A stretch of DNA of 64,000 nucleotides from an uncultured Verrucomicrobia subdivision 3 bacterium (GCA_903850425.1 CAINLR010000131.1:71642-135641); one strand, 5' to 3'. Shown: positions 9,219 to 19,043, counted from the first letter of the stretch. Made by a program: numbers and translations. Notes: generated by a model from the letters alone, not told the origin.

Positions 9219-10781
9219 ATGCACTTTATTATTCGCCAACTGCAGGCGCTGAAACTCGGCACCGGTTTGATTCTGGCGGGCGCGGGGATGCTGGCGTATC
9301 CGGCAGCTTGCCCTTCGGCCCACGCCGCCGGGATCGGGATATTCGAAACTGCTGCGGATGTGGGCGTGATCCAGTTGAAAGGGTCTTCGGAGTATCTCGC
9401 CGACAAGTCGCAATATCGCCTCACCGGCAGCGGCAAGAACATGTGGTTCGCGGAGGACGCATTTCACTTCCTCTCCAAGCAGCTATCCGGCGACCTGGTC
9501 TTCAGCATGGAAGTCGGATGGGAAAGCGCCGGCAAGGAACCGCATCGCAAAGTCGGCGCGATGGTCCGGCAGACCCTCGATGCCGACTCGCCCTATGTGG
9601 ATGTCGCCGTGCATGGCGATGGGCTGATGGAACTGCAATACCGCACCGCCAAGGGCGGCCCGACTTACTCCGCGCGGACGCCAGTCCAGGCCCCGGCGAC
9701 CGTGAAGTTAGAGCGCGATGGCGATGTCTTCACGGCTTCCGTTTCCAAGTCCGGTGGTCCTTTCCAGACCGTCGGTGCCGTGTCGCTCGCGCTGCCTGAT
9801 CCAGTTTATGTCGGCCTCGCCGTCTGCGCGCACAACGCCACGAACCTGGAAACGGCTTTGGTCTCCCATGTGACGCTAACCAACCGCCGCGCGGCCGCCG
9901 ATGAAAAACGTGTTCGCGAAACCAGCTTGGAGACCCTGGCCATCGAGACTGGCGAGCGCCGCACCATCTACCGCGACCTGAGCTTGTTCGAAGCGCCAAA
10001 CTGGTCGCGCGACGGCAAGCAGTTTTATTTCAACCGCGCCGGCCGCATCTGGACTTTGCCGACCACCGGCGGCGAGCCCAAGCCCCTCAACACTGGCGTG
10101 GCTACCAAGAACAATAATGATCACGGCCTTTCCTTCGATGGCCAGTGGCTCGCGATCAGTTCGGGTTCGGGCCAAAGTGGTTCGCAGATTTTTGTGGTTC
10201 CAGCCAACGGTGGTGCCGCCCGCGAAATCACACCGACCGGACCATCCTACTGGCACGGCTGGTCGCCTGATGGCAAGACGCTGGCCTTTTGCGCCCAGCG
10301 GAACGGCAACTTTGACGTCTATACGATCCCCACGGAAGGTGGTGTCAAGCAGCGGCTCACGGATGCGGCCGGACTCGACGACGGTCCCGAATACACCGCA
10401 GACGGCAGCAAAATTTATTTCCTATCTGAACGCGCCGGCGGCGTGCCAAAAATCTGGCGGATGAATCCCGATGGCAGCGCGCCCGAACCGATTACCTCGG
10501 ACGAAAACTACGCGGACTGGTTTCCGCATCCGTCACCCGATGGTCAGTGGATCGTGTTTGTGTCCTTCGACAAAAGTGTGAAAGGGCATCCTGCCGACGA
10601 GAATGTTGTGCTCCGCCTCCTGCCGCTGGGCGGCGGCAAGCCCAAGGTCATCGCCACGCTGTTCGGTGGTCAGGGCACGATCAATGTTCCCTCCTGGTCG
10701 CCGGACAGTAAGCAAATCGCTTTTGTGAGTTACCGCCATCTTCTCCCTCCCGCCGCGAAAGACAAACCGACAGAAAAATAG
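9219..10781 (+). CDS. exported TolB-like (PD40/WD40-like) beta-propeller protein with N-terminal beta-sandwich domain
   Basis: Start moved to ATG 9219, which gives the signal peptide MHFIIRQLQALKLGTGLILAGAGMLAYPAACPSAHA. The C-terminal half carries repeated PD40-type units (SPDGKTLAF, YTADGSKIYF, SPDGQWIVF, SPDSKQIAF). Confidence 0.75.
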   Translation: MHFIIRQLQALKLGTGLILAGAGMLAYPAACPSAHAAGIGIFETAADVGVIQLKGSSEYLADKSQYRLTGSGKNMWFAEDAFHFLSKQLSGDLVFSMEVGWESAGKEPHRKVGAMVRQTLDADSPYVDVAVHGDGLMELQYRTAKGGPTYSARTPVQAPATVKLERDGDVFTASVSKSGGPFQTVGAVSLALPDPVYVGLAVCAHNATNLETALVSHVTLTNRRAAADEKRVRETSLETLAIETGERRTIYRDLSLFEAPNWSRDGKQFYFNRAGRIWTLPTTGGEPKPLNTGVATKNNNDHGLSFDGQWLAISSGSGQSGSQIFVVPANGGAAREITPTGPSYWHGWSPDGKTLAFCAQRNGNFDVYTIPTEGGVKQRLTDAAGLDDGPEYTADGSKIYFLSERAGGVPKIWRMNPDGSAPEPITSDENYADWFPHPSPDGQWIVFVSFDKSVKGHPADENVVLRLLPLGGGKPKVIATLFGGQGTINVPSWSPDSKQIAFVSYRHLLPPAAKDKPTEK

Positions 10782-11096
10782 AAACTTAAAACACTCCCCA
10801 ATGATAACGACATCGGCGTTCATATTGGTAAGTCAAAGGGTTTTCAAGCGCCAGAGCCTTTGAAAAAATTTTGGGCGGCCCTCGTCTGCGGCCAGCCGAT
10901 GCCCCGGTTTTTCACGCCGGCTTGCCGCCGGTTTTACCTCGGGCTTTTCAAGTCATCAATTGACGGCCTTGCGTAATTGGAAATGATGAAATTGAGATAC
11001 AGCTCTCGTATTTGCCGACTTCTGAAGAAGCGTGCAAAAGCCAACCAGGGTCAAGGCCGGGATGAGGCGGCGCTCCGACCGTTTGAGGTTCACGGG

Positions 11097-11134
11097 CAAA
11101 GAAAACGCGTTGCCAAAGAAATTATGGCAACGCG
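11097..11134 (-). terminator. rho-independent terminator downstream of leuB
   Basis: A 10-bp stem (CGCGTTGCCA 11106-11115 with TGGCAACGCG 11125-11134) and 9-nt loop. On the minus strand it is followed by GTTTTCTTT and lies about 20 nt after the leuB stop. Confidence 0.6.
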
Positions 11135-11152
11135 CTTTGGAAACAGCCCGGC

Positions 11153-12259
11153 TCAAATCGCCGCCGCAATCGCATCGCCCATCTCGCGGGTGCCGACTTT
11201 GCGGGCGCCGCTTTCGTTCGCGCTGAAGATGTCGCCGGTGCGGTTGCCTGCGCCGATGGCGGTGGTCACGGCTTTTTCAATCGCCGCCGCCGCGTCATTC
11301 AAGCCGAAGCTGTGCCGCAGCATCAGCGCGCTCGACAGGATTTGCGCGATGGGATTCGCCAGATTCTTCCCGGCGATATCCGGCGCAGTGCCGCCCGCGG
11401 GCTCGTAGAAACCAAAGGTCTGTCCACCGTTCGTCGCGCCCAGGCTCGCACTCGGCAACATGCCCAGCGAACCGCCCAGCGCCGCCGCTTCATCGCTCAG
11501 GATGTCGCCGAACATGTTTTCGCAGAGCATCACGTCGAACTGCGTGGGCTTGAGCATGAGCTGCATCGCGCCGTTGTCCACGAACATGTGATCGAGCGCC
11601 ACGTCGGGATAATTTTTGCCGACGCGCGTGACGACTTCGCGCCAGAGAATGCCGTTCTCCAGCACGTTCGCCTTGTCAATGCTCGTCAGTTTCTTGCGGC
11701 GCAACTGGGCGGCCTTGAACGCGACGTGGGCGATGCGCTCGATTTCCGGCGTGGTATAAACCATCGTGTCAATCGCGCGGAAATTTCCACCGCCCAAATC
11801 CTCTGTCTTCTTCGGCTGGCCGAAATACATGCCGCCGGTCAGTTCGCGCACGACCAAAATGTCTATGCCATCACCCTGCCGTTCCTTCGCCAGCGGGCAC
11901 GCGTGTGCCAGCACTTTGGGCAGTGAAACCGGCCGCAGATTGGCGAACAGGCCGAACTCCTTGCGCAGCCGCAGCAGCGCGGCGCGTTCGGGGCGTTCCT
12001 CCTTGGGAATCGTCGGGTCGCGGTCGGGCAGGCCGACGGAGCCGAACAAAATGGAATCAGATTTTTTGCAGAGCGCGAGCGTGGCATCGGGCAGCGCTTT
12101 GCCGGCGGCGTCAATGCCGGCCCAGCCGACGGGCGCTTCGGTGAGGTTGAGTTGGAAGCCGAATTTCTTTTCGGTGGCGCGCAAAACCTTGATGGCTTCG
12201 CGCATGACTTCCGGGCCGATGCCGTCGCCCGCGAGCGCTGCGATATTGTAAGTGTTCAT
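11153..12259 (-). CDS. leuB: 3-isopropylmalate dehydrogenase
   Basis: 368 aa with MNTYNIAALAGDGIGPEV, the isocitrate/isopropylmalate dehydrogenase signature NMFGDILSDEAAALGGSLGMLPSASL, and GGTAPDIAGKNLANP. Confidence 0.95.
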   Translation of the reverse strand: MNTYNIAALAGDGIGPEVMREAIKVLRATEKKFGFQLNLTEAPVGWAGIDAAGKALPDATLALCKKSDSILFGSVGLPDRDPTIPKEERPERAALLRLRKEFGLFANLRPVSLPKVLAHACPLAKERQGDGIDILVVRELTGGMYFGQPKKTEDLGGGNFRAIDTMVYTTPEIERIAHVAFKAAQLRRKKLTSIDKANVLENGILWREVVTRVGKNYPDVALDHMFVDNGAMQLMLKPTQFDVMLCENMFGDILSDEAAALGGSLGMLPSASLGATNGGQTFGFYEPAGGTAPDIAGKNLANPIAQILSSALMLRHSFGLNDAAAAIEKAVTTAIGAGNRTGDIFSANESGARKVGTREMGDAIAAAI

Positions 12260-12278
12260 AAAATTTGAACGGAAATTT

Positions 12279-12360
12279 TAACCACGAAATACACGAAATA
12301 CACGAAAAAGAAAAATGTGGCGCCGGAAATATTTCGTGTATTTGGTGTATTTCGTGGTTA
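12279..12360. repeat. 82-nt inverted repeat built from tandem ACGAAATAC units (30-nt arms, 22-nt loop)
   Basis: Left arm 12279-12308 is TAACCACGAAATACACGAAATACACGAAAA. Right arm 12331-12360 is ATTTCGTGTATTTGGTGTATTTCGTGGTTA. 28 of 30 positions are complementary, with one internal G:G mismatch. Confidence 0.85.
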
Positions 12361-12371
12361 ATGATTTGGCA

Positions 12372-12863
12372 ATGGCTTTGCCTTACAAAATCGCCACGCT
12401 GCTCTATTGCTTTAACGAGCGCGACGAAATCCTGCTGCTTGAACGCGCGCAGGAGCCGAATCGTGGCCTGTGGAGTCCGTGCGGCGGCAAGCTCAAGATG
12501 GATCGCGGCGAATCGCCCTACGCCTGCGCCTGCCGCGAGGCGCACGAGGAAATCGGCATGGTGTTGCGCGCGTCCGATCTGCATCTGGCCGGGCTGATCA
12601 GTGAACACGGCTATCAGGGCCAGACGCACTGGCTGATGTTTTTGTTCGAGGTGAAGGTGAAATTAAAAGCGCTGCCGCCGGTTCATGCAGAAGGCCGGTT
12701 TGAATTTTTCCCGCGCGAAAAGATTTTTGATTTGAAGATTCCGCAGACCGATCGCGAGCAAATCTGGCCGTGGTTTTGGCAGTTTCGCGGCGGTTTTTTC
12801 GCGGCGCACTGCCATTGCCACGCGGATGGCCGGAACGACTGGACGCTGGAAGAAACAAAATAG
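12372..12863 (+). CDS. NUDIX hydrolase
   Basis: Nudix box ESPYACACREAHEEIGMV (E-x7-REUxEEXGU). Start set at ATG 12372, outside the inverted repeat. The ORF-track start at 12315 lies inside the repeat. Confidence 0.85.
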   Translation: MALPYKIATLLYCFNERDEILLLERAQEPNRGLWSPCGGKLKMDRGESPYACACREAHEEIGMVLRASDLHLAGLISEHGYQGQTHWLMFLFEVKVKLKALPPVHAEGRFEFFPREKIFDLKIPQTDREQIWPWFWQFRGGFFAAHCHCHADGRNDWTLEETK

Positions 12864-12865
12864 GA

Positions 12866-12902
12866 AAACATCCAACCACCAACACGCAACATCGAACCGC
12901 CA
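12866..12902. repeat. degenerate solo arm related to the AACATTCAAC hairpin family
   Basis: GGAAAACATCCAACCACCAACACGCAACATCGAACCGCC aligns by eye with the left arms at 35609 and 36648 (GGAAACATTCAACAACCAACATTCAACATTCAACGTCC). I found no inverted partner. Confidence 0.4.
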
Positions 12903-12921
12903 GTGCCGCAAACGCCACGAT

Positions 12922-15900
12922 TCACGGCAACAGCCGCAACCGGAAGAAGAGCTGGCTGGACGTGTCGAGATAGTTGGTAACATTGATGTTTGAGCCGGTG
13001 CCGGCCATTGCGGTTCCCAGCGGCGTCCAGCCGGAAACCGTCAAATCTTCGCTGTATTCAAGCTGATAGCTCAACCCTACATAACTCGGCCACGAGAAAA
13101 TAAACGGGTTGCCGCCGAGGCTGACGCCCGTGAGTTGTGGCGGCAGCACCACAGTCACGGTGAACGACTGCGTCGCGCTCAAGCTGGGCGTGCCGTTGTC
13201 CGTGACAATTAGGCTGATCAGATTGGTGGCCGGCGCGTTCGTGGGTGTCCAGGTGAAATTGCCGCTGAAAGAATTGATGGCGGTGCCGGCCGGCGCGGTA
13301 GTGCCCAGACTGAACGTGAGTGTTTGCGCCGGATAATCGGCGTCGGTGGCGCTGGCGGTCAAGGACAGGGTTTGACCCAAAACGACAAGCTGGTTGCTGA
13401 TGAGATTCCACACCGGCGGCGTGTTCGGCACGAGGTTGTTCGTGTGCGGCGTGGCGGTGGGCATGAAGAACAGCGTCGCGGCCCCGTCGGGATAACGGCC
13501 TTCGCTGATGTCGCTGGTTTGCGCGCCAAAGGTGACATAGTCCACGAGATTGCTGCTGGCGTTGTAAAGCGCGATGCTCGTGCCGCTCTTGCTCAACTTG
13601 AAATTCACATGCAAGTCGCCGCTGCCGGTCGGCGTTTTTTTATCAGCCCAGACCAGCAGGAATCCGCGCGGCGGGATGGTGTAGCCGGCTGGGATTTGTG
13701 AACTCGGAACCAGTTGACCGCTCAAAGCGTTAGTCAGAAAGCAGCCGGCGAGACTCACGGGGTTGCTGCTGGGATTGTAAAGCTCGAACCAGTCGTCGTA
13801 TTTGTTGCTGTCCAGCGGGTCTTGAATCGTGTGCGTGTTGCCGGCCATCCATTCGTTGATGAACACCGTCACGGGCGCGCTGGCGGCGTTGTTGGTCACG
13901 CCGGGCGTCGGATAAAAAAAGTCCTGGCGCGTGAAACTTTGGCCATCGGGGAACGAGCCGTAGGAATGATTGACACCAAGCCCGGCGTAATCAATGAAGT
14001 CGAGCACCTGCGGCTGGCCGTTGAATAGCCGGCTCAACGCCAGCGAACCGGTGCCGCTCGGCAAAATGAAACTCGTGTGCCATTCATTCGTCGTGGAAAG
14101 ATTCGTCTGGCCGTCGGCAAAAATAATTTTGAACTCGCCGGCGTTGATGCTGGCGTTTGTCGGCAACGCCCACGCGGTCAAATTCGTGTAACTGCTGGCA
14201 AGATACAAATTGGTCAGCGCGACGACGTTCGTGGTCGGGTTGTAAAGTTCCAGCCACGCGGTGTGCTGGCCGGCACGATTGGTGATGCCAGTCAAATTGT
14301 CGGCCTGAAGCTCGTTGAGCCACAGCGGCGCAAACGGCGGCAGATTGGTGAAAACAGAATTCGTCGCGCCGGGCGTGGCGGTCGCACTGCTCCAGTTTCC
14401 CGCGCGCCAGTTGTCCTGTCGCGGGTCGCGCAATTGCAGCGAACTGCCGGTGCCGCTGGCGTTCGTCGGCCACGGCAATGCACCGGCGTATTTCACTCTT
14501 GTCACGATCACATCGCTGGCGGAGTTGGTGCCGGGCTGCACCAGCGAAAGGGTTTCGCCATCCGTCTGCAACGTGCCGGGAAACGTGTCGAACACCAGCT
14601 TCGTCGCGCCGTAAGCGGCGGCAAACGCAGCGGAATTGGCGGCCAGCACCAGAAAACTGTTCGGCGCGATCAGCGAGCCGGATGGGAACGTGTAGGCCAG
14701 TCCTTTGAAATCCCAGCCCGACAAATCAAACGCGGTGTTCGTGGAGTTGTTAAACAGCTCGACAAATTGCGCGTCGGGCCGGGACGGATGGAACATGATT
14801 TCGTTGATCACCACCCGGCCGACTGGTGACGCCACCGTGCCGTTGAAGAGGACGGTCAGGTTTGTGCTATCGCCCGAAATCGGCTGGTTGTGGGTGTCCA
14901 CGCCAACCACGCTCAACGCGTTTGTGCCTTGCGGCAATGGAATTCTCGCCGTCCAATTCGTCACGGTCGTCCACGTCAGCGGCCACGCCGCGCCGTTGAT
15001 CCAGATGACGGCCACGTTCATCGGCGCCGTGCCGCTGATGATGGCCACGTTGTTGCTGAAAATCACGTTCGGGCTGACGCTGAAATTCGTGGTGTTCTCC
15101 ACCGCAAGCTGCGTGGTGATACTGGTGCGCGCCGACGTCAGCCACCCTTTGAGACTGGCGCTGGGATTTTCCACCGAAAGGCCGTTCGCCACGAAGGCAT
15201 TGTATTTGGCATCGAGCAACGGGCCGCTGTTGGTCACGTTCAACGGGCCGGCGATTAATTCCTGCAACGCGCGCCAATACATCCGGCGAAAGACCGGCGT
15301 GGAAAATAATTTCGCGGTGATCGGATCCGTGACGGAGAACAGGCTCGCGCCCGGCCCCCACGAGCCGCTGTTGCCGAGCACGATGTTGAAATCCCACATC
15401 AGCAGCGAATACTTCGTGCCTGCCGCGCCGAGATAGCCGTAGAGATTCTGGCCGTTTTGCGCGCCGAACGAATCCCAGTTGCCGGCGGCGTGGTTGGCGG
15501 CGAACACGCGCATCCAGTTTTCCATGTCCGCCAGGTTTTCCATGTTCGCGACGTAGTTTGACGTTGCGTAGGAATTGGCCGCGTCAATCAGCGAGAAGAC
15601 GTTGGTGAAATCATTGTCCGAACCCGGCGTGCGGCGGAGCTCAAAATTATAGCGGTAGCGCGCGACTTTTTTTACGCTGCCAGTGGTGACGTAATTGGCC
15701 AATGTGCACCAGGCGTTGTTGGCAAACGCGATGGAACCGCTGCCCGGCGCCGGGCCGAATTCAAACCACGGCTGCATTTTGTAAAGCCAGCCGTCGGCAT
15801 CGTTCGGGAAATGTTCCTTCACCACGTCGCCGTCGGGACATTGCCCGTCCTCCATCAAGGTGCCGCGGCGGTGGCCGTTGACCAACACCGCCACGTATCG

Positions 15901-18732
15901 GCGGTTGAGCCACGGCATGCCCAGTGCCCGCAGAAATGTGTTGGCCGTCTGCTCGCGCTGGATGCTGGCGTCGTCACCCGCGCTGTTGCCGGGCTGGTGA
16001 ATTTTGTTGAACGAGGTCGCGCCAAGAAATTTGTCGTCGTCGGGGAAAATCCATTTGTAATTGCACAGGCTGCCATAGGGCGTGTCATAACCCTGATGAT
16101 ACGGGCTGCCGGCAAAACGCGCCTGCGCGTTGTAAATGATGCGGTTGTTGTTGACCATCGTGCAATCCCACGACTCGTTGCTCAAATCGGACAAGGCCGC
16201 CCAGCGCGTCGCGTTCGTCTGCGTGATCCACAAATGATAAACACCAAAGCTGCCGCCCAGATTGGTGTCGCCAAACATGACCACGCATTCCGGCGGAAGA
16301 CCGTTGTTGTTCAACAGCGCGGGGAATCGCGTCGCCGCCGCGCGGGTGTCCGCAGCGGAAATATGAAACGCGACGATCGCGTTCAGGGCCTGTCCAGGAA
16401 TCGTGCCGCTGAAAATGCCATCGGCTGCCAGGGCATCGCCGCCGGTGCCATCGTCTTTCATCGGCACGGAAGTGTAGCTTGTCGCGGGATCAATCCGATA
16501 ATTCAGCGTCAGACTTTGCACGCCGTCCACGTCATGCACGCGCGCGGTCACGACGACCGGCTGGTTCGCGGCCGGGATGGCGGGCGCGTGGCTGACTTCA
16601 TAAACCGCCGGCCCAGCGTTCGTGGCATAGCGGCTGTTCGGCGCGCCCGGCGTGCCGAGGTTTACCGGCACCGGCAGCGCGCCGGCGGCTTCGAGCCAAT
16701 TGCCATTGAGCCGCAGCAGCACTTCCGGCCAGCCGCGCAACCAGCGCGCCTTGAATCGCAACGTCGCCGTCTGGCCGCTGGCCATTTTGTTTGTGAGCAA
16801 AGTCATTTCGCAGGAATTGTCGCCGGGCCAGCTGCGGTCGCTGCAACGAATGTGCAGCGAATGACTGCTGGCATAACCTTCATTTTCAAGGCTGGAGCGC
16901 ACTTGGCAGCCCTGGAAAGTCCAGTTCGTCACGCCGTTTTCAAAATCGGGATTGGCGACGAGATTGACCGGACTCGCGTTGGAATGAACTTCGATGTTAT
17001 CCACCAGACATTCGCCCACGTCGAGAATGCCGATCTGCGCGTAGTCAATGGACGGATCGTAATTTTTTCCGAGATCCAGCACGCCGGTATTTTCGATGTT
17101 GATCCAGGACGACTTGTGCGTTTCGTCGCTGTCGCCCCAGTTCGCGGCGAGGCGATGGTTCGCGCGCGGGTCCAGCAATTCCAAACTGCTGCCGCCGCCC
17201 GACGACCACTGGCCCCAGCGTCCGCCCGGGCCGTAAGTCACCTCGTCCTCGACCACATAAATGATGTTCGTCGTCAAGCCGTGGCTGTTGGTGGCCGTCA
17301 TGTTTTGCGGCATTGCCAGCGCCACGCGCTCACCGTTGTGCGAAAGCCTGCCGCCGAAATTTCCGAGCGTGTTCGCGGCATTCAGATTCGGATATTTCGC
17401 AAACAGATTCGTCATGTTGGCCGCGAGGACGAGATAGCCGTTTGCCGCCAGCATGGTGTTCGTCGGGAAAACATACGAGACGCCGGCGGTGAACTGCCAG
17501 TTCGACAAGTTCACGGCGTTCGTGCCTTGGTTGTAAAGTTCAATGTATTGATCGGCATCGTTGCCGCTGATCGGGTCATACATCAATTCGTTGATGACGA
17601 TGCTGCCGATCAGAATCGGGCTGTTGCTCGCGCCAGGCGTGCGTGCGGTCAGCGGATAAAACGCGTTCGCGCCGTCCGGCCAGCGCCCGAACGAAACGCC
17701 GTCGGCCTGCGGCTCAAATTGCACCGCGTCCAAAACGCGGCTGTTGTCGGGCTTGATGAAATAAATGGTCGAACCGGAACCGTCGGGAATAAACCCCAGC
17801 TGGTTTTGATCAAACGAAATAAATCCGCCCGGCAAAATCGTCGTGCCGTTCGGGAGGACAAATTTATTCGTGGTCGGGTCGTCGGTGAGGCTGCAACCGG
17901 AAACGTCGTTGGTCACGCTGCTGTGATTGTAAAGCTCCACGAACTCCAGCACGGACGGATTTTCCGAATGCGCGAGAATTTCGTTGATGACGACACTGCG
18001 CAGCGGGCTGGGCGTGAACGGTTCCGCCGCGCCGGGCGAACCGCCCGCCACGTCGCTGATGTCCCACGCGCGCGGGTCGCCTTCGCCGTAAGATGGATAC
18101 GCCAGCACGATGGAATGCCCCGTGCCGTCCGCCGCCACCGGCCACGGATACACGTTGGCATACGGCACGGTCAGCAGCACCGCGCCGACTTCGTCGAGCA
18201 ACTGGATCGTGCCGGATTTTTTTAAGCTGCCGGTGTAAGGGCCGAACACGTTCGTCATGCCGTAAACGCTGGTGATGTCCGTCGGCGACGCCGCAATGCA
18301 AATAAATCCGCCGCCGGGAATCGTGGTGTTGGTCGGAAACGTGTAAGCCAGGTTGTCAGCGACGATTTGATAGCTGCTGATGTCCTGGAAAAACGGATTG
18401 GAATTGTAAATTTCCAAAAACTCCACGTTGCGGGCATCCGTGCGCGGCGCGGGTTTATACATGATTTCGGAAAACACCATCGGCGTCTTGCGGCTGCACG
18501 GACCGAGCGGCTCGTGCGGATTGACGGTGAAGTTGGTGAGCACTTTGGGACTGGCGGCGTCAATACTGCGGATCTGCGCGGTGGTTGCCGAGGCATGAGT
18601 GGTGACGCCGAAAGTGCCGGGTGCCGGGTCGGTGAACGCGACCAATTGCGCGTGCGCCTGGGCGGAAAGGAGCAGTGGCCAAACCAGCACGGCCACTTGG
18701 AGCCAACGGGGACGGAGAAGAAATGAGTTCAT
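12922..18732 (-). CDS. giant secreted lamin-tail-domain (LTD) / CotH kinase-family protein
   Basis: Six LTD signatures: FSEIMY..VEFLEIYNSN, VVINEILAH..FVELYNHS, IVINELMYD..YIELYNQG, VVINEIMFH..FVELFNNS, LWLNELQAD..WLELYNPT and VFINEWMAG..WFELYNPS. A central CotH-like region (NKIHQPGNSAGDD..FLRALGMPWLNRRYVAVLVNG) lies at about 15.3-16.3 kb, followed by a cadherin-like module (SLTASATDADYPAQTLTFSL). Signal peptide runs from ATG 18732 (MNSFLLRPRWLQVAVLVWPLLLSAQAHA). ATG 18810 and ORF start 19014 are alternatives. Confidence 0.85.
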   Translation of the reverse strand: MNSFLLRPRWLQVAVLVWPLLLSAQAHAQLVAFTDPAPGTFGVTTHASATTAQIRSIDAASPKVLTNFTVNPHEPLGPCSRKTPMVFSEIMYKPAPRTDARNVEFLEIYNSNPFFQDISSYQIVADNLAYTFPTNTTIPGGGFICIAASPTDITSVYGMTNVFGPYTGSLKKSGTIQLLDEVGAVLLTVPYANVYPWPVAADGTGHSIVLAYPSYGEGDPRAWDISDVAGGSPGAAEPFTPSPLRSVVINEILAHSENPSVLEFVELYNHSSVTNDVSGCSLTDDPTTNKFVLPNGTTILPGGFISFDQNQLGFIPDGSGSTIYFIKPDNSRVLDAVQFEPQADGVSFGRWPDGANAFYPLTARTPGASNSPILIGSIVINELMYDPISGNDADQYIELYNQGTNAVNLSNWQFTAGVSYVFPTNTMLAANGYLVLAANMTNLFAKYPNLNAANTLGNFGGRLSHNGERVALAMPQNMTATNSHGLTTNIIYVVEDEVTYGPGGRWGQWSSGGGSSLELLDPRANHRLAANWGDSDETHKSSWINIENTGVLDLGKNYDPSIDYAQIGILDVGECLVDNIEVHSNASPVNLVANPDFENGVTNWTFQGCQVRSSLENEGYASSHSLHIRCSDRSWPGDNSCEMTLLTNKMASGQTATLRFKARWLRGWPEVLLRLNGNWLEAAGALPVPVNLGTPGAPNSRYATNAGPAVYEVSHAPAIPAANQPVVVTARVHDVDGVQSLTLNYRIDPATSYTSVPMKDDGTGGDALAADGIFSGTIPGQALNAIVAFHISAADTRAAATRFPALLNNNGLPPECVVMFGDTNLGGSFGVYHLWITQTNATRWAALSDLSNESWDCTMVNNNRIIYNAQARFAGSPYHQGYDTPYGSLCNYKWIFPDDDKFLGATSFNKIHQPGNSAGDDASIQREQTANTFLRALGMPWLNRRYVAVLVNGHRRGTLMEDGQCPDGDVVKEHFPNDADGWLYKMQPWFEFGPAPGSGSIAFANNAWCTLANYVTTGSVKKVARYRYNFELRRTPGSDNDFTNVFSLIDAANSYATSNYVANMENLADMENWMRVFAANHAAGNWDSFGAQNGQNLYGYLGAAGTKYSLLMWDFNIVLGNSGSWGPGASLFSVTDPITAKLFSTPVFRRMYWRALQELIAGPLNVTNSGPLLDAKYNAFVANGLSVENPSASLKGWLTSARTSITTQLAVENTTNFSVSPNVIFSNNVAIISGTAPMNVAVIWINGAAWPLTWTTVTNWTARIPLPQGTNALSVVGVDTHNQPISGDSTNLTVLFNGTVASPVGRVVINEIMFHPSRPDAQFVELFNNSTNTAFDLSGWDFKGLAYTFPSGSLIAPNSFLVLAANSAAFAAAYGATKLVFDTFPGTLQTDGETLSLVQPGTNSASDVIVTRVKYAGALPWPTNASGTGSSLQLRDPRQDNWRAGNWSSATATPGATNSVFTNLPPFAPLWLNELQADNLTGITNRAGQHTAWLELYNPTTNVVALTNLYLASSYTNLTAWALPTNASINAGEFKIIFADGQTNLSTTNEWHTSFILPSGTGSLALSRLFNGQPQVLDFIDYAGLGVNHSYGSFPDGQSFTRQDFFYPTPGVTNNAASAPVTVFINEWMAGNTHTIQDPLDSNKYDDWFELYNPSSNPVSLAGCFLTNALSGQLVPSSQIPAGYTIPPRGFLLVWADKKTPTGSGDLHVNFKLSKSGTSIALYNASSNLVDYVTFGAQTSDISEGRYPDGAATLFFMPTATPHTNNLVPNTPPVWNLISNQLVVLGQTLSLTASATDADYPAQTLTFSLGTTAPAGTAINSFSGNFTWTPTNAPATNLISLIVTDNGTPSLSATQSFTVTVVLPPQLTGVSLGGNPFIFSWPSYVGLSYQLEYSEDLTVSGWTPLGTAMAGTGSNINVTNYLDTSSQLFFRLRLLP

Positions 18733-19043
18733 TGGCTCCTTGCGCGCGGCCAAGAGAGCGGCGCGGGCGGCGACTGGGCGCATGTGGTGGAGGAGGCTGG
18801 CAACTTTCATAATATGATGACGCGCTGGCTGGCAAATCGGATTCAGCAAAAAATCACGCGTGAACGAGGCCAATGAAAGAACAATCACCGGGCGATTCAA
18901 GCTAAATTGTGCCGGGCTGGCAACGGCCGGCAACGGCTCCGCCGCGCCAGCGAATCCCCGTTGGTTGCCGGCGCAGGCATGAAACCCAGAGCCACCGCTG
19001 ATTTGATTCGACATTCGGCAGGCGGCATTTGAAATTTTTCGCC

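Noticed and set aside
10833-10873. Stem TCAAAGG/CCTTTGA followed by AAAAAATTTT after the TolB-like gene, considered as a terminator
   Set aside because: The stem is only 7 bp with a 17-nt loop, and the T-run is separated from it by six A residues. It is too weak to call.
15811-18225. 804-aa plus-strand ORF opposite the LTD/CotH gene
   Set aside because: Very Arg/Val/Ala-rich with no recognisable domains. The minus-strand frame carries six LTD signatures and a CotH core, so this one is a shadow.
18733-19014. Longest possible start (19014) for the LTD/CotH gene
   Set aside because: That start would add 94 residues with no signal peptide and leave only about 15-30 nt to the divergent tadA gene. 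ATG 18732 exposes a canonical signal peptide. ATG 18810 remains possible.
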